The notes under the pieces are model-generated. The model was not told the DNA's origin. It did not search any database and saw nothing but the letters and a program-made list of their open reading frames with translations. Of a stretch of 64,000 bases of DNA, positions 40,037-49,949 are shown in pieces. This DNA comes from an uncultured Acetobacteraceae bacterium. Its GTDB lineage: Bacteria > Pseudomonadota > Alphaproteobacteria > Acetobacterales > Acetobacteraceae. The stretch lies in NCBI GenBank assembly GCA_964249915.1, contig CAXUEL010000001.1, positions 6,659-70,658 on the forward strand, read 5' to 3'. Position 1 is the stretch's first letter. Every line of letters starts with the position of its first letter. Position numbers and translations under genes: made by a program.

Positions 40037-40681
40037 TCAGGACTCGGCGAGCATCAGGGTCAGCCGCCAGCCGCGCGGGCTCTTCTCGGTGGACGACAGC
40101 TTGTAGCGGTGGCCGTCACCGTCGAGCAGGATGTCGTCCGTCAGAAGCTCGACGCCTCCGACGCTCGGCAGGAACGCAGTGAACCAGGGCATGCGGACGT
40201 CACCGGGCAGCGGCACGTCGCCGCGCTCCCCCTTGGTTCCCTGGAGCAGCGCCATCGGCCAAGCCGTCAGCAGCGATGCTTCGGTCGACTTCACGTCACC
40301 GCCGTAGCCCTGGCGTCCGCCGCCGCGTCCGGCCGCCGAGGGGCGGACGAAGCTGCCCGTGGCGTTGCACTGGACGACTTCGATGGGGAGCAGCGGGTCC
40401 TGGGCGGCGACAAACCAGGTGGCCGCGCCGACCAGGTAGTCCCCGACCTGGGTCTGCGATCCGTCGACGAGCGCGGTCCACACGGGCGTCGCATAAGCCT
40501 GCGGGCGCCGGAAAGCATAGTTGTCGGCACTGAATGCCGCGGGCAGTGTCTGGACGAGGTTCGCTGGAACCAGAGGGTTGCCGGGGCCGGAAGGGCGGAA
40601 CTGGTTGTGAGGCAGGCCAACGCGCTGTGCGCTCAGGGCGTAGCCGCGGTTGACTAGCGATTGGATGCGGCTACCGTCCAC
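40037..40681 (-). CDS. Head-closure / head-tail joining protein
   Basis: ALVDGSQTQVGDYLVG..TWFVAAQDPLLPI; position. Confidence 0.65.
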   Translation of the reverse strand: MDGSRIQSLVNRGYALSAQRVGLPHNQFRPSGPGNPLVPANLVQTLPAAFSADNYAFRRPQAYATPVWTALVDGSQTQVGDYLVGAATWFVAAQDPLLPIEVVQCNATGSFVRPSAAGRGGGRQGYGGDVKSTEASLLTAWPMALLQGTKGERGDVPLPGDVRMPWFTAFLPSVGGVELLTDDILLDGDGHRYKLSSTEKSPRGWRLTLMLAES

Positions 40682-40703
40682 GTGTCACCTCCGGAGCGGT
40701 CGC

Positions 40704-41051
40704 GTGCCTGACACAGAATCAATAATCGTGAACTGTGCTCGCGGGGAACTGCCTGCTATCGGCGAGCGAGTGCATGCCGAGCAGGGGCCCGACAATGAGC
40801 ACGGCGTGACCTGGGTGCTGGCGACCGTCGACAGGCATCTTCCTGCGACCGGAATGATCGACGAGAGCCACGACGATGTAGACATGAGCTACATCTCAGG
40901 TGCGGTCGACCGCATCGAAGAGATGCACCCGATACCTCAGGCGTTCCCCAACGAAGAGGCTATGCTGCGCCACGCATCTGAGTGCGGTCCATCTTTTGCA
41001 GTGTGGGTGCTGCTCGACGCACCACACCCGGATGCAGAGCAGCCTAGATAA
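40704..41051 (+). CDS. Moron-like acidic hypothetical protein antisense to the head operon
   Basis: GGAG RBS + GTG; lower GC; opposite strand. Confidence 0.55.
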   Translation: MPDTESIIVNCARGELPAIGERVHAEQGPDNEHGVTWVLATVDRHLPATGMIDESHDDVDMSYISGAVDRIEEMHPIPQAFPNEEAMLRHASECGPSFAVWVLLDAPHPDAEQPR

Positions 41052-41454
41052 CGATGCGCCCGCCGCTGTCACCGCCGAACTCGGGCCCCGGAGGCACGCC
41101 CAAGAAGCTGCACAGCCTCTTGCGCCATCCGTCGTAGAGCCTCTCGCGGTCCCTGACTTCGGAAGCGTTCCGCGTCCATACGGCGGCCTGCGCCGTGTCC
41201 AAGTTCGCGGCCGCGCCCAGGATGCCGGTTTCTAACGGGTAGAGCTGCGTCAGGTAGGTCCGCAACACGGCGAGCTCGCTGGCCGTGAGATTGGTCAGCC
41301 GATACTCGAGCATTCCGTAGGCATGGAAGAAGCGATATCCGACGAAGCCGCTCGCGCCGGGTCCATAGACCGGGTAACCGCAATACCGGCGCGCATCGAC
41401 GCGCTCGGCATCGGCAAGCGGATTGCTAGCCGTGCCAGGTGCGGTTTCGGACAT
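41044..41454 (-). CDS. Head-tail adaptor
   Basis: DARRYCGYP.YG...G.LEYRL.NL...NLDTAQAAVW..N. Confidence 0.7.
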   Translation of the reverse strand: MSETAPGTASNPLADAERVDARRYCGYPVYGPGASGFVGYRFFHAYGMLEYRLTNLTASELAVLRTYLTQLYPLETGILGAAANLDTAQAAVWTRNASEVRDRERLYDGWRKRLCSFLGVPPGPEFGGDSGGRIVI

Positions 41455-41457
41455 CGG

Positions 41458-41652
41458 CTACTCCAGGATTTCGTAGGCTGCGCCTCGCTTCGTGAGGAGC
41501 GCGATGTCGTTGGCAGATTCCACGACTATGTCCTGCCGCCAAAAACAGTGGCCGGTGTCGTCATGAAATCCGTAGGGCCGAAGCATCCGGATCCGCGTCG
41601 GGATGACGTCGGGCTCCGGAGGCTGCTGCGGCTGTCGCGGTGTTCTCGCCAT
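41458..41652 (-). CDS. Small head-region protein (64 aa)
   Basis: Directly after the capsid gene. Confidence 0.6.
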   Translation of the reverse strand: MARTPRQPQQPPEPDVIPTRIRMLRPYGFHDDTGHCFWRQDIVVESANDIALLTKRGAAYEILE

Positions 41653-41686
41653 GGTGGTCAGGACGACCTTTCAGCCGCCCTCTCCC

Positions 41687-43039
41687 TCACATTGATTCGA
41701 TGACCACGCCCCTTTTAAGAGCCGAGTTGGTCGCCGTCGGAATGATCGCGGGGTTGGCTGTGACGTCGGTTGGCAAAGCGAACCCGCCAATCCAGTACCA
41801 GGACTGGGCGATTACCTGGCCGAGGCGGTCCAGCGGCGCACGGGTAACCATGCAAATGCCGTCGTGCATTTCCTTCAGGTCGGCCAGGGTTTCTGGCAGG
41901 TCGCTGTAGCCGGTGTCGGCGTAGTCGCCTTCGACCAGTGCGCCCTTGCCGACCACCATCGCGCGCTGGATGGCATTACCGTTCAGGACCTGCTGCGGGC
42001 TCTCGGTGGTCGGGATGAACCGCACACCCATGAGCTCGAAGACTTCGCCCTGGCGGAACTCCCTGCTCTGATACGCACCACGGAACATGTTCTGGAACTG
42101 CTGGTCGTCGAACAGCCCCTGCAGCTGCTCGTCGCTCAGCGTGCAGTTGAAGAGGCCGTCGATGGTGGGCACCGCGTTGCGACGCAGCTTGGTTACGGCC
42201 GACTGGACCGCCTTGAAGCTCAGCGTGTCCCCGGCGACCAGCGAACCCGTGGTCAGGCGACCATTCGGACGGATCACGCTCGGCGCGCTGAAGGCGACCA
42301 CGGCAGCGCCCGCGGCGCCGTTGGCTTCGGCCACGTTGGCGGAGAACTGCAGCGTCCCGCTCGTGCCACGCGGGGCGGTCGAGATGTTGGAGCCAGCGCT
42401 GTCGGCGGTGACGCCGATGAGGACGTAGGGCGCGCCGTTCACGTAAACGGTGAGCGGGTTGGCGTTCGACACCGGCTGCACGACGCCGGTCGCGGTGACT
42501 GCGTTGACGAAGCCTCGGATGTCATCGACGTGCAGAGTGCTGGCATCGGCGCCAAGCGCGGTGCTCACGCTGGTGTTGCCACCCAGGTAGCCGCCCACGT
42601 CGAGCACGTTGCCGCCGCTGTTGCCGTAGAACAGGGTGTTGCGGGCGATTCGGTCGAGCGACTGCACGGCCTGCGTGCCGTTGACTTCGGCGTTCGCCAA
42701 GAACTGGCGCGCGATGCCGACGCCCTCGCTGACCATGTTGAGGTCCAGGGTGTCGTTATACTGATCGATTCCCATCGAGTACTGCTCGACGGTCCAGGAA
42801 GTCGGCGTCATGCCGTTGTCGAGACCGGTGTTCGCGGTCACCGCGGTTGGGGTCTCGACCGGCGCCTTCAGACCACGGCGGGTCTCGGTGATGGTCTGGC
42901 CGATGCGGCCTGGGAAGGTGACGCGATCGGCGATGGCTCGGAAGCCCAGGGTGCTCTTGAGGCCGGTCTGGAAGCGCCGGGCCAGGAACCCTTGCTGGAT
43001 GATGGGCTGCAGGGCGGTGGGGAAGTCTGCGATGGGCAT
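41687..43039 (-). CDS. Major capsid protein
   Basis: MPIADFP.ALQPIIQQGFL...F..GL...LGFR; 450 aa; follows the scaffold. Confidence 0.85.
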   Translation of the reverse strand: MPIADFPTALQPIIQQGFLARRFQTGLKSTLGFRAIADRVTFPGRIGQTITETRRGLKAPVETPTAVTANTGLDNGMTPTSWTVEQYSMGIDQYNDTLDLNMVSEGVGIARQFLANAEVNGTQAVQSLDRIARNTLFYGNSGGNVLDVGGYLGGNTSVSTALGADASTLHVDDIRGFVNAVTATGVVQPVSNANPLTVYVNGAPYVLIGVTADSAGSNISTAPRGTSGTLQFSANVAEANGAAGAAVVAFSAPSVIRPNGRLTTGSLVAGDTLSFKAVQSAVTKLRRNAVPTIDGLFNCTLSDEQLQGLFDDQQFQNMFRGAYQSREFRQGEVFELMGVRFIPTTESPQQVLNGNAIQRAMVVGKGALVEGDYADTGYSDLPETLADLKEMHDGICMVTRAPLDRLGQVIAQSWYWIGGFALPTDVTANPAIIPTATNSALKRGVVIESM

Positions 43040-43146
43040 GTGTATTGTCCTCTGGTTGTAGCGCGCAGGCGGCATCACGGGGGTCGAACCCGAGGCTCGT
43101 CGGCGGCAAATGGATGTCGGTGGGTGCCGGACGGACCGGCGGGTAG

Positions 43147-43791
43147 TTAGCGACGCGAAAGGATTGCGGCCTCGGCGGCGGTGGCCTCTTCCGGCGTCAT
43201 GTCGCGCACGTGCTTGACGGCGGCGGCGGCGGGCTTCGGCGTCGAGCGCGTCTGCGAGGTTGTTCCGCGGTCAGCTCCGGTCGCCTGGAACAGGTGCGGA
43301 AGGTCCGCCTTCACCTTGGCCCAGAAGCCTTCAGGCAGAACCACGTCGCCGTCGGCATTGACCTTGGCGGCCGAGGTGTCGACGAGCTTCAGGAAATCGG
43401 GGTGAGCCAGGCCCGCCTCGACCGCCGTCGCCTTGACCTCGGCGCGGATGAGCCTGTCGTCCAATGCCTTCGAGGCCCGGGTGACATTGGCCTCGGCCTC
43501 GCGGACCGCCTTCTCCGACGCCGTCCGCGCCTCGTCCGCCACCTTGTCGGCTGCGGCCCGGGCTTCGGCGGCCTTGGACTCCGTCGCGGCGACGGAAGCC
43601 TTGAGAGCGTCGCGTTCGGCGAGAGCTGCCCTGACGAAGTCCGTCGAGTAGACCTCGGGCACCGAAGCTCGCGCTGGCGTCGCTACCGGAACGACAGGGG
43701 TGGCGGTCGGAGTCGGGTTGCCGCCTGCGCCGCCGTTGTCGGCCTCGCGCAGGAAGGCGGCCCCGGCCAGGAGCTGGGATCGAAAGTTCAT
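43147..43791 (-). CDS. Capsid scaffolding protein
   Basis: Coiled coil, AEVKA.AV.AGL..PD.LKLVD, C-terminal helix. Confidence 0.75.
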   Translation of the reverse strand: MNFRSQLLAGAAFLREADNGGAGGNPTPTATPVVPVATPARASVPEVYSTDFVRAALAERDALKASVAATESKAAEARAAADKVADEARTASEKAVREAEANVTRASKALDDRLIRAEVKATAVEAGLAHPDFLKLVDTSAAKVNADGDVVLPEGFWAKVKADLPHLFQATGADRGTTSQTRSTPKPAAAAVKHVRDMTPEEATAAEAAILSRR

Positions 43792-43862
43792 GGATATCCT
43801 CGTTGTTTATGGCGGCCCTGCCCCGCCTAGGCGCCGTCTAAGGACGGTCGCCGTCGATTTCG

Positions 43863-44117
43863 TTAGGTCCGGAGAGCTTCCGCGACCCGCTTGCGATCCT
43901 CGCCAGCGTCACCGGCGAGCACGGCATCGTCGTGTCCGATAAGGACCATGTGCGTTGCGGACGCGAGCAGGAGCACGGCTTCCCGATGCGACGTCAGGCC
44001 GCTCATCGACATGGCGTTGAACCCGCGCGGGTCGCTGACGACCAGGATTGCAGACGCCGCTCCCAGGCGGGCCGCCACCTCATCGACCAGTTCTTGAAGG
44101 TCTTCGATATCGCTCAT
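43863..44117 (-). CDS. Hypothetical protein (84 aa)
   Basis: ATGA-coupled to the portal. Confidence 0.6.
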   Translation of the reverse strand: MSDIEDLQELVDEVAARLGAASAILVVSDPRGFNAMSMSGLTSHREAVLLLASATHMVLIGHDDAVLAGDAGEDRKRVAEALRT

Positions 44118-45592
44118 GCTGCCAGGACCTCCGTGGCCTTTACCTGCGCGGCTACTGCGCTGGCGCGGGCTTGCTGGGCCTCGACCTCGAGCAGGATTTG
44201 CTTCCGCTCGGCCGTGATGTCTTCGATGTCCAGGCTCGGCGCGATGATGCGGGTCGCTGTCGCCTCACTCAGGATCCCGGCGCCGGTCAAGGAGACCATT
44301 GTCGTAGCAGTCGCCTGCAAGTCAGCGGCCGTCGCGTGGAACCACGGTGGCCAGCGCAAGGACAACCCGTCCGGAGACAGGTTGCTGACGCGCTGGCCGC
44401 CGATGAGCAGGCCGCCCGCCACCTTGCCAGATGCGACGCAGAGCATGCGGACCAGCGACAGCAGGGCACCCTCGCCGTAGCTGGTCCGCAAGCGGTCGGC
44501 CAACCACACGAGCCCTTGGCACATCAATTCCATGGCGCGCCCGCTCTGGGCGGCGGCCAACTTGTCGGCGTCGGCTCGGTTACCGTGTGTCGCTTCCAGC
44601 GCGACGGACCTCAGGAACCGCACGTGCTCGAGGACCGCGTTGGCCGCCTCCCCGGAGATCTCCAGGAACTTTGCTTCCGCCGTCGGGTCCGACAGCACAA
44701 TCGCGTTCGCCGCGCCGCCGGTCAAGGGCTTGTCTTGGCCGCCTGGGTCGCGGATTACGAGGCGGGGGTCGGACGCGTATTTCAGGCCCCTGCCCGCCTG
44801 ACTGAGCTGGTAGTCGACCTCGATAGCAGTGCTGACAGCCGCCTCGAAGGTGCAGCCGCCGTCCACATCATCACCGCCGCTCAGGTTCCGGATCCAAATC
44901 ACGGGCAGAAAACCAAGGCCGTGAGTCACCGACTTATCGGTATCCTTAACCGGCGGCTTACCCTCGCGAGCGTCTGCGACGCTGAGCGGCAGGAACCAGG
45001 TCTCCTCGTCTGCATCCCAGGAACGCTGGAACCAATACTGTTCGTTCCCGGCATCCGAAGGCACCGTGTAGCCCTGGGCTGCCAGGTCACGCCCGCGGAC
45101 TTTGTAGCGCTCCACGACGCGCAGGAGGCTGTCCGGGTCTTCCGGGTCCCAGGTCGGCGTCAGGAACGCCGTCTGCAGGACGCTGACGAAAGGCTTGCTC
45201 TTGAGCACGCGGAACAGCAGCGCGACGGAGCCAACACTGCCACGGGTCGCCGCATCAGCGAGGACCTCGTTCAACCGGCGGTCCTTCACCCATGCGGCCA
45301 CCGCGTCGATGGTGGCCTTCGAGCCCGCGTGCACGACCGGAAAGTGACCTTCGGAAAACAGCAAGCTCACGCTGTCATCGACCACCGTCCGGCAGATGCC
45401 TGCACGCACTGACGGGCGCCTCGAGCCGAGCGGGATATACTCGCCCGCGCCGCTGATTTCGTCTGCGAAGCTGTGCCTCAGGTGGTCGTAGTGCCGCCCT
45501 TCAAGGACGGCCGTCAGCGCCGAGATACGGACCGCCCGCGCGGGCAGGTCGCTGTCCCGGGGCATCGATGTCTGGAGAGCCTGCCAATCCAC
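44114..45592 (-). CDS. Portal protein (SPP1 gp6-like)
   Basis: 492 aa; HGLGFLPV.WIRNL, IDY.LSQ.GRGLKY.SDP.LV, QSGRA.ELM. Confidence 0.85.
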   Translation of the reverse strand: MDWQALQTSMPRDSDLPARAVRISALTAVLEGRHYDHLRHSFADEISGAGEYIPLGSRRPSVRAGICRTVVDDSVSLLFSEGHFPVVHAGSKATIDAVAAWVKDRRLNEVLADAATRGSVGSVALLFRVLKSKPFVSVLQTAFLTPTWDPEDPDSLLRVVERYKVRGRDLAAQGYTVPSDAGNEQYWFQRSWDADEETWFLPLSVADAREGKPPVKDTDKSVTHGLGFLPVIWIRNLSGGDDVDGGCTFEAAVSTAIEVDYQLSQAGRGLKYASDPRLVIRDPGGQDKPLTGGAANAIVLSDPTAEAKFLEISGEAANAVLEHVRFLRSVALEATHGNRADADKLAAAQSGRAMELMCQGLVWLADRLRTSYGEGALLSLVRMLCVASGKVAGGLLIGGQRVSNLSPDGLSLRWPPWFHATAADLQATATTMVSLTGAGILSEATATRIIAPSLDIEDITAERKQILLEVEAQQARASAVAAQVKATEVLAA

Positions 45593-45604
45593 CGGTAGCC
45601 CTCC

Positions 45605-46000
45605 TTATTCGTTTCGCGTCACAATAAATGTTTGCGCGTGCAGGTCTGCCAGCGACCGCTCTGCTCCGAACGCTTCAACGACCAGCCGGACGCGCCAGTG
45701 CGGCAAGAGCACGCTAGCCTCGGTTTCCGCGTATTTGCCGCCGCCGATTGGCTCGTAGAGGTCACTGAGCCGATGCCACTGGCCGTCGTCGCTCAAGAAT
45801 TCCGTGCGCACGACAAGGCTTCCATGAGCCACGCGGTCACCGCGGAGACCTGAAACCTTGACTGTGACCAGGGACGCGCCGTCCGTGGACAGCAGGTCGG
45901 ACTGGATGCGGTCGGCGTGCCGCTTCCGGTATGAAAGCTCGAAGGTCTTGGCGCCCTCGGTCTGCGGGGCGACCGGCCGCTCGTCGAATTCCTCGATCAT
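45605..46000 (-). CDS. Hypothetical beta-rich protein (131 aa)
   Basis: ORF between kinase remnant and portal. Confidence 0.55.
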   Translation of the reverse strand: MIEEFDERPVAPQTEGAKTFELSYRKRHADRIQSDLLSTDGASLVTVKVSGLRGDRVAHGSLVVRTEFLSDDGQWHRLSDLYEPIGGGKYAETEASVLLPHWRVRLVVEAFGAERSLADLHAQTFIVTRNE

Positions 46001-46011
46001 GGCCGGTCCCC

Positions 46012-46501
46012 TTACATGATGCTGCCGACATCCGGCGCAGCGGCCGACGTGTCGAAGCGAACCTCGCCACCCAGCAGCGGCCTACGCCGAAGCGCAGCGT
46101 TCCTGCCCAGCGCCTCACCGATGTCGCGGAACCCCGCTGCCCGGGCCGTCAGCCGCGAGGTCAGAACACCATCGTCTGCAACCAGCGACACGAGGCGAAC
46201 ACGGGCAGCCGAGGCCAGTTCGTGCGCGGCGCGGACTGGCCTCGTCTCTGAGGTCGTCGATGACCAGCGGCACGCGACCGTGTCGGAGGTAAACCCAGGC
46301 CATCGACAGTAGCACCCCGACCGCCATCGCTTCCTCGGCAGCGTTGGCACCTGACCAGTCCGGCGGCAGGTGGAACGACCTGACCCGCGGCAAATCCAAG
46401 TGAACGGCGCCATAGAGGTCCCTCACCGCCAGCGCCACCGAGGTCTTGCCCGAGCCCGGCGCGCCGGAGAGGACGACGACCTCAGTCCGTGGTGTTGGCA
46501 T
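46012..46501 (-). pseudogene. P-loop (AAA_33/NMP kinase-like) gene with a frameshift near 46237
   Basis: N-half VVLSGAPGSGKT...VIDDLRDEA and C-half VRLVSLVADDGVL.SRL..R..GFRD lie in different frames; removing 1 nt joins them. Confidence 0.7.
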
Positions 46502-47417
46502 CGTCATTGCGGCGCTTGAACATGCTGCGCACGCCGTCGCGGAGCCCGGTCGCGTGGTGCGCCAGCTCATAGACACCGAACGCATTGCGCACGAGGTCCC
46601 TGTGCGGGCAGTATCCGTGCGCGAGCGGGATGCCGTGGCGGCTCTCGTATTGCCTATTCGACTGCCGTCCGTGCCAGTGATGTCGGAGCGTGCCCTTCGT
46701 GGACCCCACATTCCGGCGCACGACGTGCTCGGCGCGATCCTGCCAGGAGAGGACGGCTGCGCTGTATGAAGGCAGCTTGCCCGGCTTGATTTCCTCGTGC
46801 TTGAGGCAGTCCTGGGCGCGGCCGACCAAGCCGGTGGCCATCTGCAGGTCACCGACGCCAACGACCGAAATGTCGAGCAGGCCGCCCATGCGGTTCATCG
46901 TGTCGGCTCGGGCCGCCCATGCGAAACCGGGGTGCCACAGCGAATAGGAGGTCTGGTAGCCGCGCCAAGGTTCCCCTTCCACATAGTGGTCGAGGAAGCT
47001 CCTGACGTGGCCCTTGAACTCGGCCTGCGGGCCCAGGACGATCGCCTCAGACCACGGCTGGATGACGTCGTAGTGGTCGAGGGCAGCTAGGCACTTCGGC
47101 ACCCAGTTCTCATCCAGGAAGTCTACGTCAGCGTCAATCCACGCGACGGCCTGGGCGCCGGGTGCCTCGTGCGCGATTCTCTGAAGACCGAGGTTGATTA
47201 GGTTTTCCTTAATCCACAGCACGCTGCTGGCGCGGACGCGGACGTGGAAACGGTTGTCGGCGTCGGTCACGGCCCATGGACGGTCACCGAAAGCGCATTC
47301 CACGACGACCAGGGTGACATCGGGGGTCGCGGTCATGCGGGCGGCGAAGCGGTTGAAGTTCTCGTGGATCTTGGCGTAGCCCCAAGGGTTGAACAGCGGG
47401 GTGACGACGTAGAGCAC
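46482..47417 (-). CDS. GT-A fold glycosyltransferase
   Basis: LWIKENLINLG, AWIDADV (DxD), HPGFAWA, HHWHG. Confidence 0.75.
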   Translation of the reverse strand: MLYVVTPLFNPWGYAKIHENFNRFAARMTATPDVTLVVVECAFGDRPWAVTDADNRFHVRVRASSVLWIKENLINLGLQRIAHEAPGAQAVAWIDADVDFLDENWVPKCLAALDHYDVIQPWSEAIVLGPQAEFKGHVRSFLDHYVEGEPWRGYQTSYSLWHPGFAWAARADTMNRMGGLLDISVVGVGDLQMATGLVGRAQDCLKHEEIKPGKLPSYSAAVLSWQDRAEHVVRRNVGSTKGTLRHHWHGRQSNRQYESRHGIPLAHGYCPHRDLVRNAFGVYELAHHATGLRDGVRSMFKRRNDDANTTD

Positions 47418-47419
47418 GG

Positions 47420-48712
47420 CTATCTCCCCATGACGTTGACCGTTCTCTGCTGCGGCGGCTTGTAACCGTATCGCATCCAGAACTGGTAGCCGGTGGCATC
47501 GACGACGTGGTCGTGGCCGCCGGTCTTGTCGGGCTCGTTGGAGCCCTCGCGATACGAGTGCTTCTCGTAAGCCGCGATGCTGTGCTTGCAGCTCGCCGAC
47601 ACGAACGCCTGCCTTGTGCCGTCCGCCGTGCAGAACCGGGCGTTCGTCAGGTTCAGGCGGTCACGGACCGGCGGGTTCGCAGACGGCGCCAGCACCTTGA
47701 ACCCGGCGGCCCGCAGGATGCTGTGGTCACTGCGGCCACCGGACGATGTGCGGAGCGCCGCACCAGAGGCGTCCGGATAGAACGTGATACGTCCCTTGGC
47801 ACCCGGATACCGCCGGTCGACGGCTTTCACCAGGTCGTCGGTGTTCGAGCTGTCGAGGATGATTTCATCAACCTGGTAATCCAGGCCACCATGGTTGACC
47901 CACACGGTGCTCGTCATCGGGTTCAGGTTGAAGTCCTGCCCGATATGAAGCTGGGCCATTGTCCGCCAGTCCGCCTGTGGGCACTCCCGCAAGCTGTAGG
48001 CGCGGTCGAAGGCAAAGATGACGGTGCCGTTGTATGCCTCGAAGCTGGCCTCGAGCTCCTGGCGGTATGTGCGCTCATCCAGCGAACGTCGAAACTCGGC
48101 AATCTTCGCAGGCGGTAGGATTTCTGCGCTCTTCCAGTGGAAGGCGCCCCAGGTTGATGCAGTGCCCTCGGCAAGCATGCGGCCCTTTGCATACTCATAG
48201 GTGTCGAAGTAGTGGTTGCGCCCTTCAGGCACGCCGATGAGGTCGGCCCAACCGTCGCGATCCGCCAGTGCCGGGAACACGTTCTCCGGCCAGGCGCCCG
48301 CCTTCATGTCGGCATACTCGTCCAAGATGCCGCCGTCCCATGGCTGGCCTTCGATGCGCTGCGGTCGATCCATCCCGACCACGACCACCTCGGCGCCGGT
48401 GACCAGTCGGATCGACAGCGAGGTCTCGTTCACGTCGGCGATCATGCTCGGCGGGAACATCGACTTAAGGTCCATCCAGTAGATGGCCTTGGCTTGGTCG
48501 CGGGTCGGAGCGGCGGCGAAGTAACGTGGGCGCTGAAACCGGCTGCCGCGGAGGGCGCGGATGACCAGCTTGCGCTTCGCTAGCTCCGTTTTCCCGCTAC
48601 GACGGCCGCAAGGGAGCACGTTGAACTGGTGCGGTGAGTTGAAGTAGGCGCTCTGGACCGGATGCGGCCTAAGCGGGGTCCACCTTGGCGTCAGCAGAGG
48701 CGTCGCTTCCAA
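47420..48712 (-). CDS. terL: Terminase large subunit
   Basis: CGRRSGKT Walker A, ILDEYA Walker B, GQDFNLNPM, DHVVDA; TTG start after GGAGG inferred. Confidence 0.92.
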   Translation of the reverse strand: MEATPLLTPRWTPLRPHPVQSAYFNSPHQFNVLPCGRRSGKTELAKRKLVIRALRGSRFQRPRYFAAAPTRDQAKAIYWMDLKSMFPPSMIADVNETSLSIRLVTGAEVVVVGMDRPQRIEGQPWDGGILDEYADMKAGAWPENVFPALADRDGWADLIGVPEGRNHYFDTYEYAKGRMLAEGTASTWGAFHWKSAEILPPAKIAEFRRSLDERTYRQELEASFEAYNGTVIFAFDRAYSLRECPQADWRTMAQLHIGQDFNLNPMTSTVWVNHGGLDYQVDEIILDSSNTDDLVKAVDRRYPGAKGRITFYPDASGAALRTSSGGRSDHSILRAAGFKVLAPSANPPVRDRLNLTNARFCTADGTRQAFVSASCKHSIAAYEKHSYREGSNEPDKTGGHDHVVDATGYQFWMRYGYKPPQQRTVNVMGR

Positions 48713-49217
48713 CGGTCGCCTCCATGGCTGCAAGCGCCCGGCGGATCCGTTCGGCGGTGGCCTGAGCGTCCTCGGGCGCGGCATCTGCGCCGACGCCTGT
48801 GTGCGCCGCCAAGATTCTGAGAGCACCAAGCCTATCGCCCAGCTTCACGCTGAGTGTCCGCTGTCTGCCCTGGGTGGCTTCCTTGACCTCGGCGATGGCG
48901 ATGGCTGCGTCGTCTGAGAGCACGGCGCTCGGTCGGAGCCGGACGCCGGTGGCGTCCCATTCCATGATGTCGCGGATGTCAGCGAACGCGACCCGGGCCA
49001 GCTCCCTGACGACGCGGTCCGCAGTCACGTGTGTCCGCCGGGACCGTTCGGCCACCGCGGCGGCCAGAGCGTCCTTGATTGCAGGTTCCTGCAGCAAGCG
49101 GTGGCCCGCCTGTGCCGCCCCTCGAGAGCTGTAGCCTGCTCGGATCGCCGCGCCGGTGGCGGACAGGTCGATGAGGTATTCGTCAACAAAGGACTGCTTC
49201 TTTGCGGACAACGGCAT
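48669..49217 (-). CDS. terS: Terminase small subunit
   Basis: KKQSFVDEYLIDLSATGAAIRAGYS. Confidence 0.92.
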   Translation of the reverse strand: MPLSAKKQSFVDEYLIDLSATGAAIRAGYSSRGAAQAGHRLLQEPAIKDALAAAVAERSRRTHVTADRVVRELARVAFADIRDIMEWDATGVRLRPSAVLSDDAAIAIAEVKEATQGRQRTLSVKLGDRLGALRILAAHTGVGADAAPEDAQATAERIRRALAAMEATVGSDASADAKVDPA

Positions 49218-49357
49218 GGGGGTTCTCCCCCGGCTACGGGCGGCGACCTGCGGTGGGGCGCTGGAAATGGTGAAGGCCGCTGCCTGGAGGACAGCGGCCT
49301 TCGCTCAATCAGGTGGCCTGGGTCAGGACCCGGGACGCACGAAGAGAGCATGGGAAC

Positions 49358-49447
49358 AGAATGACGGAAGCGATCCACAGGGTCAAGGATTCCCGCACGG
49401 GAGGCTACGGGAAAGGTGTTGACATCCGATACGGAGAGGAATACAAG
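49358..49447. promoter_or_regulatory. Back-to-back sigma70-like promoters (late operon and + strand ORF)
   Basis: Minus: TTGACC-N17-CATTCT (49386-49358); plus: TTGACA-N17-TACAAG (49419-49447). Confidence 0.45.
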
Positions 49448-49497
49448 GATCACAGTGGGCGACGATCGTCTCGGTCGCAGCGGATCTGGAGGGTCCC

Positions 49498-49881
49498 ATG
49501 AGCATTCACAGCAGCACCTCGGCCGAGAGCATTGCGAGCGGCATGCATTCGGCCATCGGTGGCATCGGTCAGATGGCCGTCGCGGCTTGGATGCTGAGCC
49601 GACAGGACGCTGGTCGCCGCGACGCCGAGCAGGCCGCCGCCGCTCAGGGTGCCAGGTCCTCCGTGCTCCGCTCGACGGTGCACGGCCTCCGCGAACAGCT
49701 CGCCGACGAGCGCGCGGCCCACCGCGAGGAGGTCCTCGACTTGCGCGCCGACGCTACATTCTTCCGCAGCGAGAACGCCAAGCTGGCGGCGCGTGTGGCC
49801 GAGCTCGAGGCCGCCGTGATCCAGCTCGACGGCCAGCGCCGCGTCCTGGCCGCCGCCCTCACCGAGGCGCGCGCTGCGTAA
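49498..49881 (+). CDS. Coiled-coil hypothetical protein (127 aa)
   Basis: GGAGG RBS; heptad repeats. Confidence 0.7.
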   Translation: MSIHSSTSAESIASGMHSAIGGIGQMAVAAWMLSRQDAGRRDAEQAAAAQGARSSVLRSTVHGLREQLADERAAHREEVLDLRADATFFRSENAKLAARVAELEAAVIQLDGQRRVLAAALTEARAA

Positions 49882-49902
49882 CATCCGCCGTCCAGAATCA
49901 AG

Positions 49903-49937
49903 AAGGGCCGCTGGATCAACTCCGGCGGCCCTTTTCG
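49903..49937. terminator. Bidirectional terminator
   Basis: AAGGGCCGCTGGA/TCCGGCGGCCCTT stem, T-rich tail. Confidence 0.7.
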
Positions 49938-49949
49938 TTTCGCGTCACC

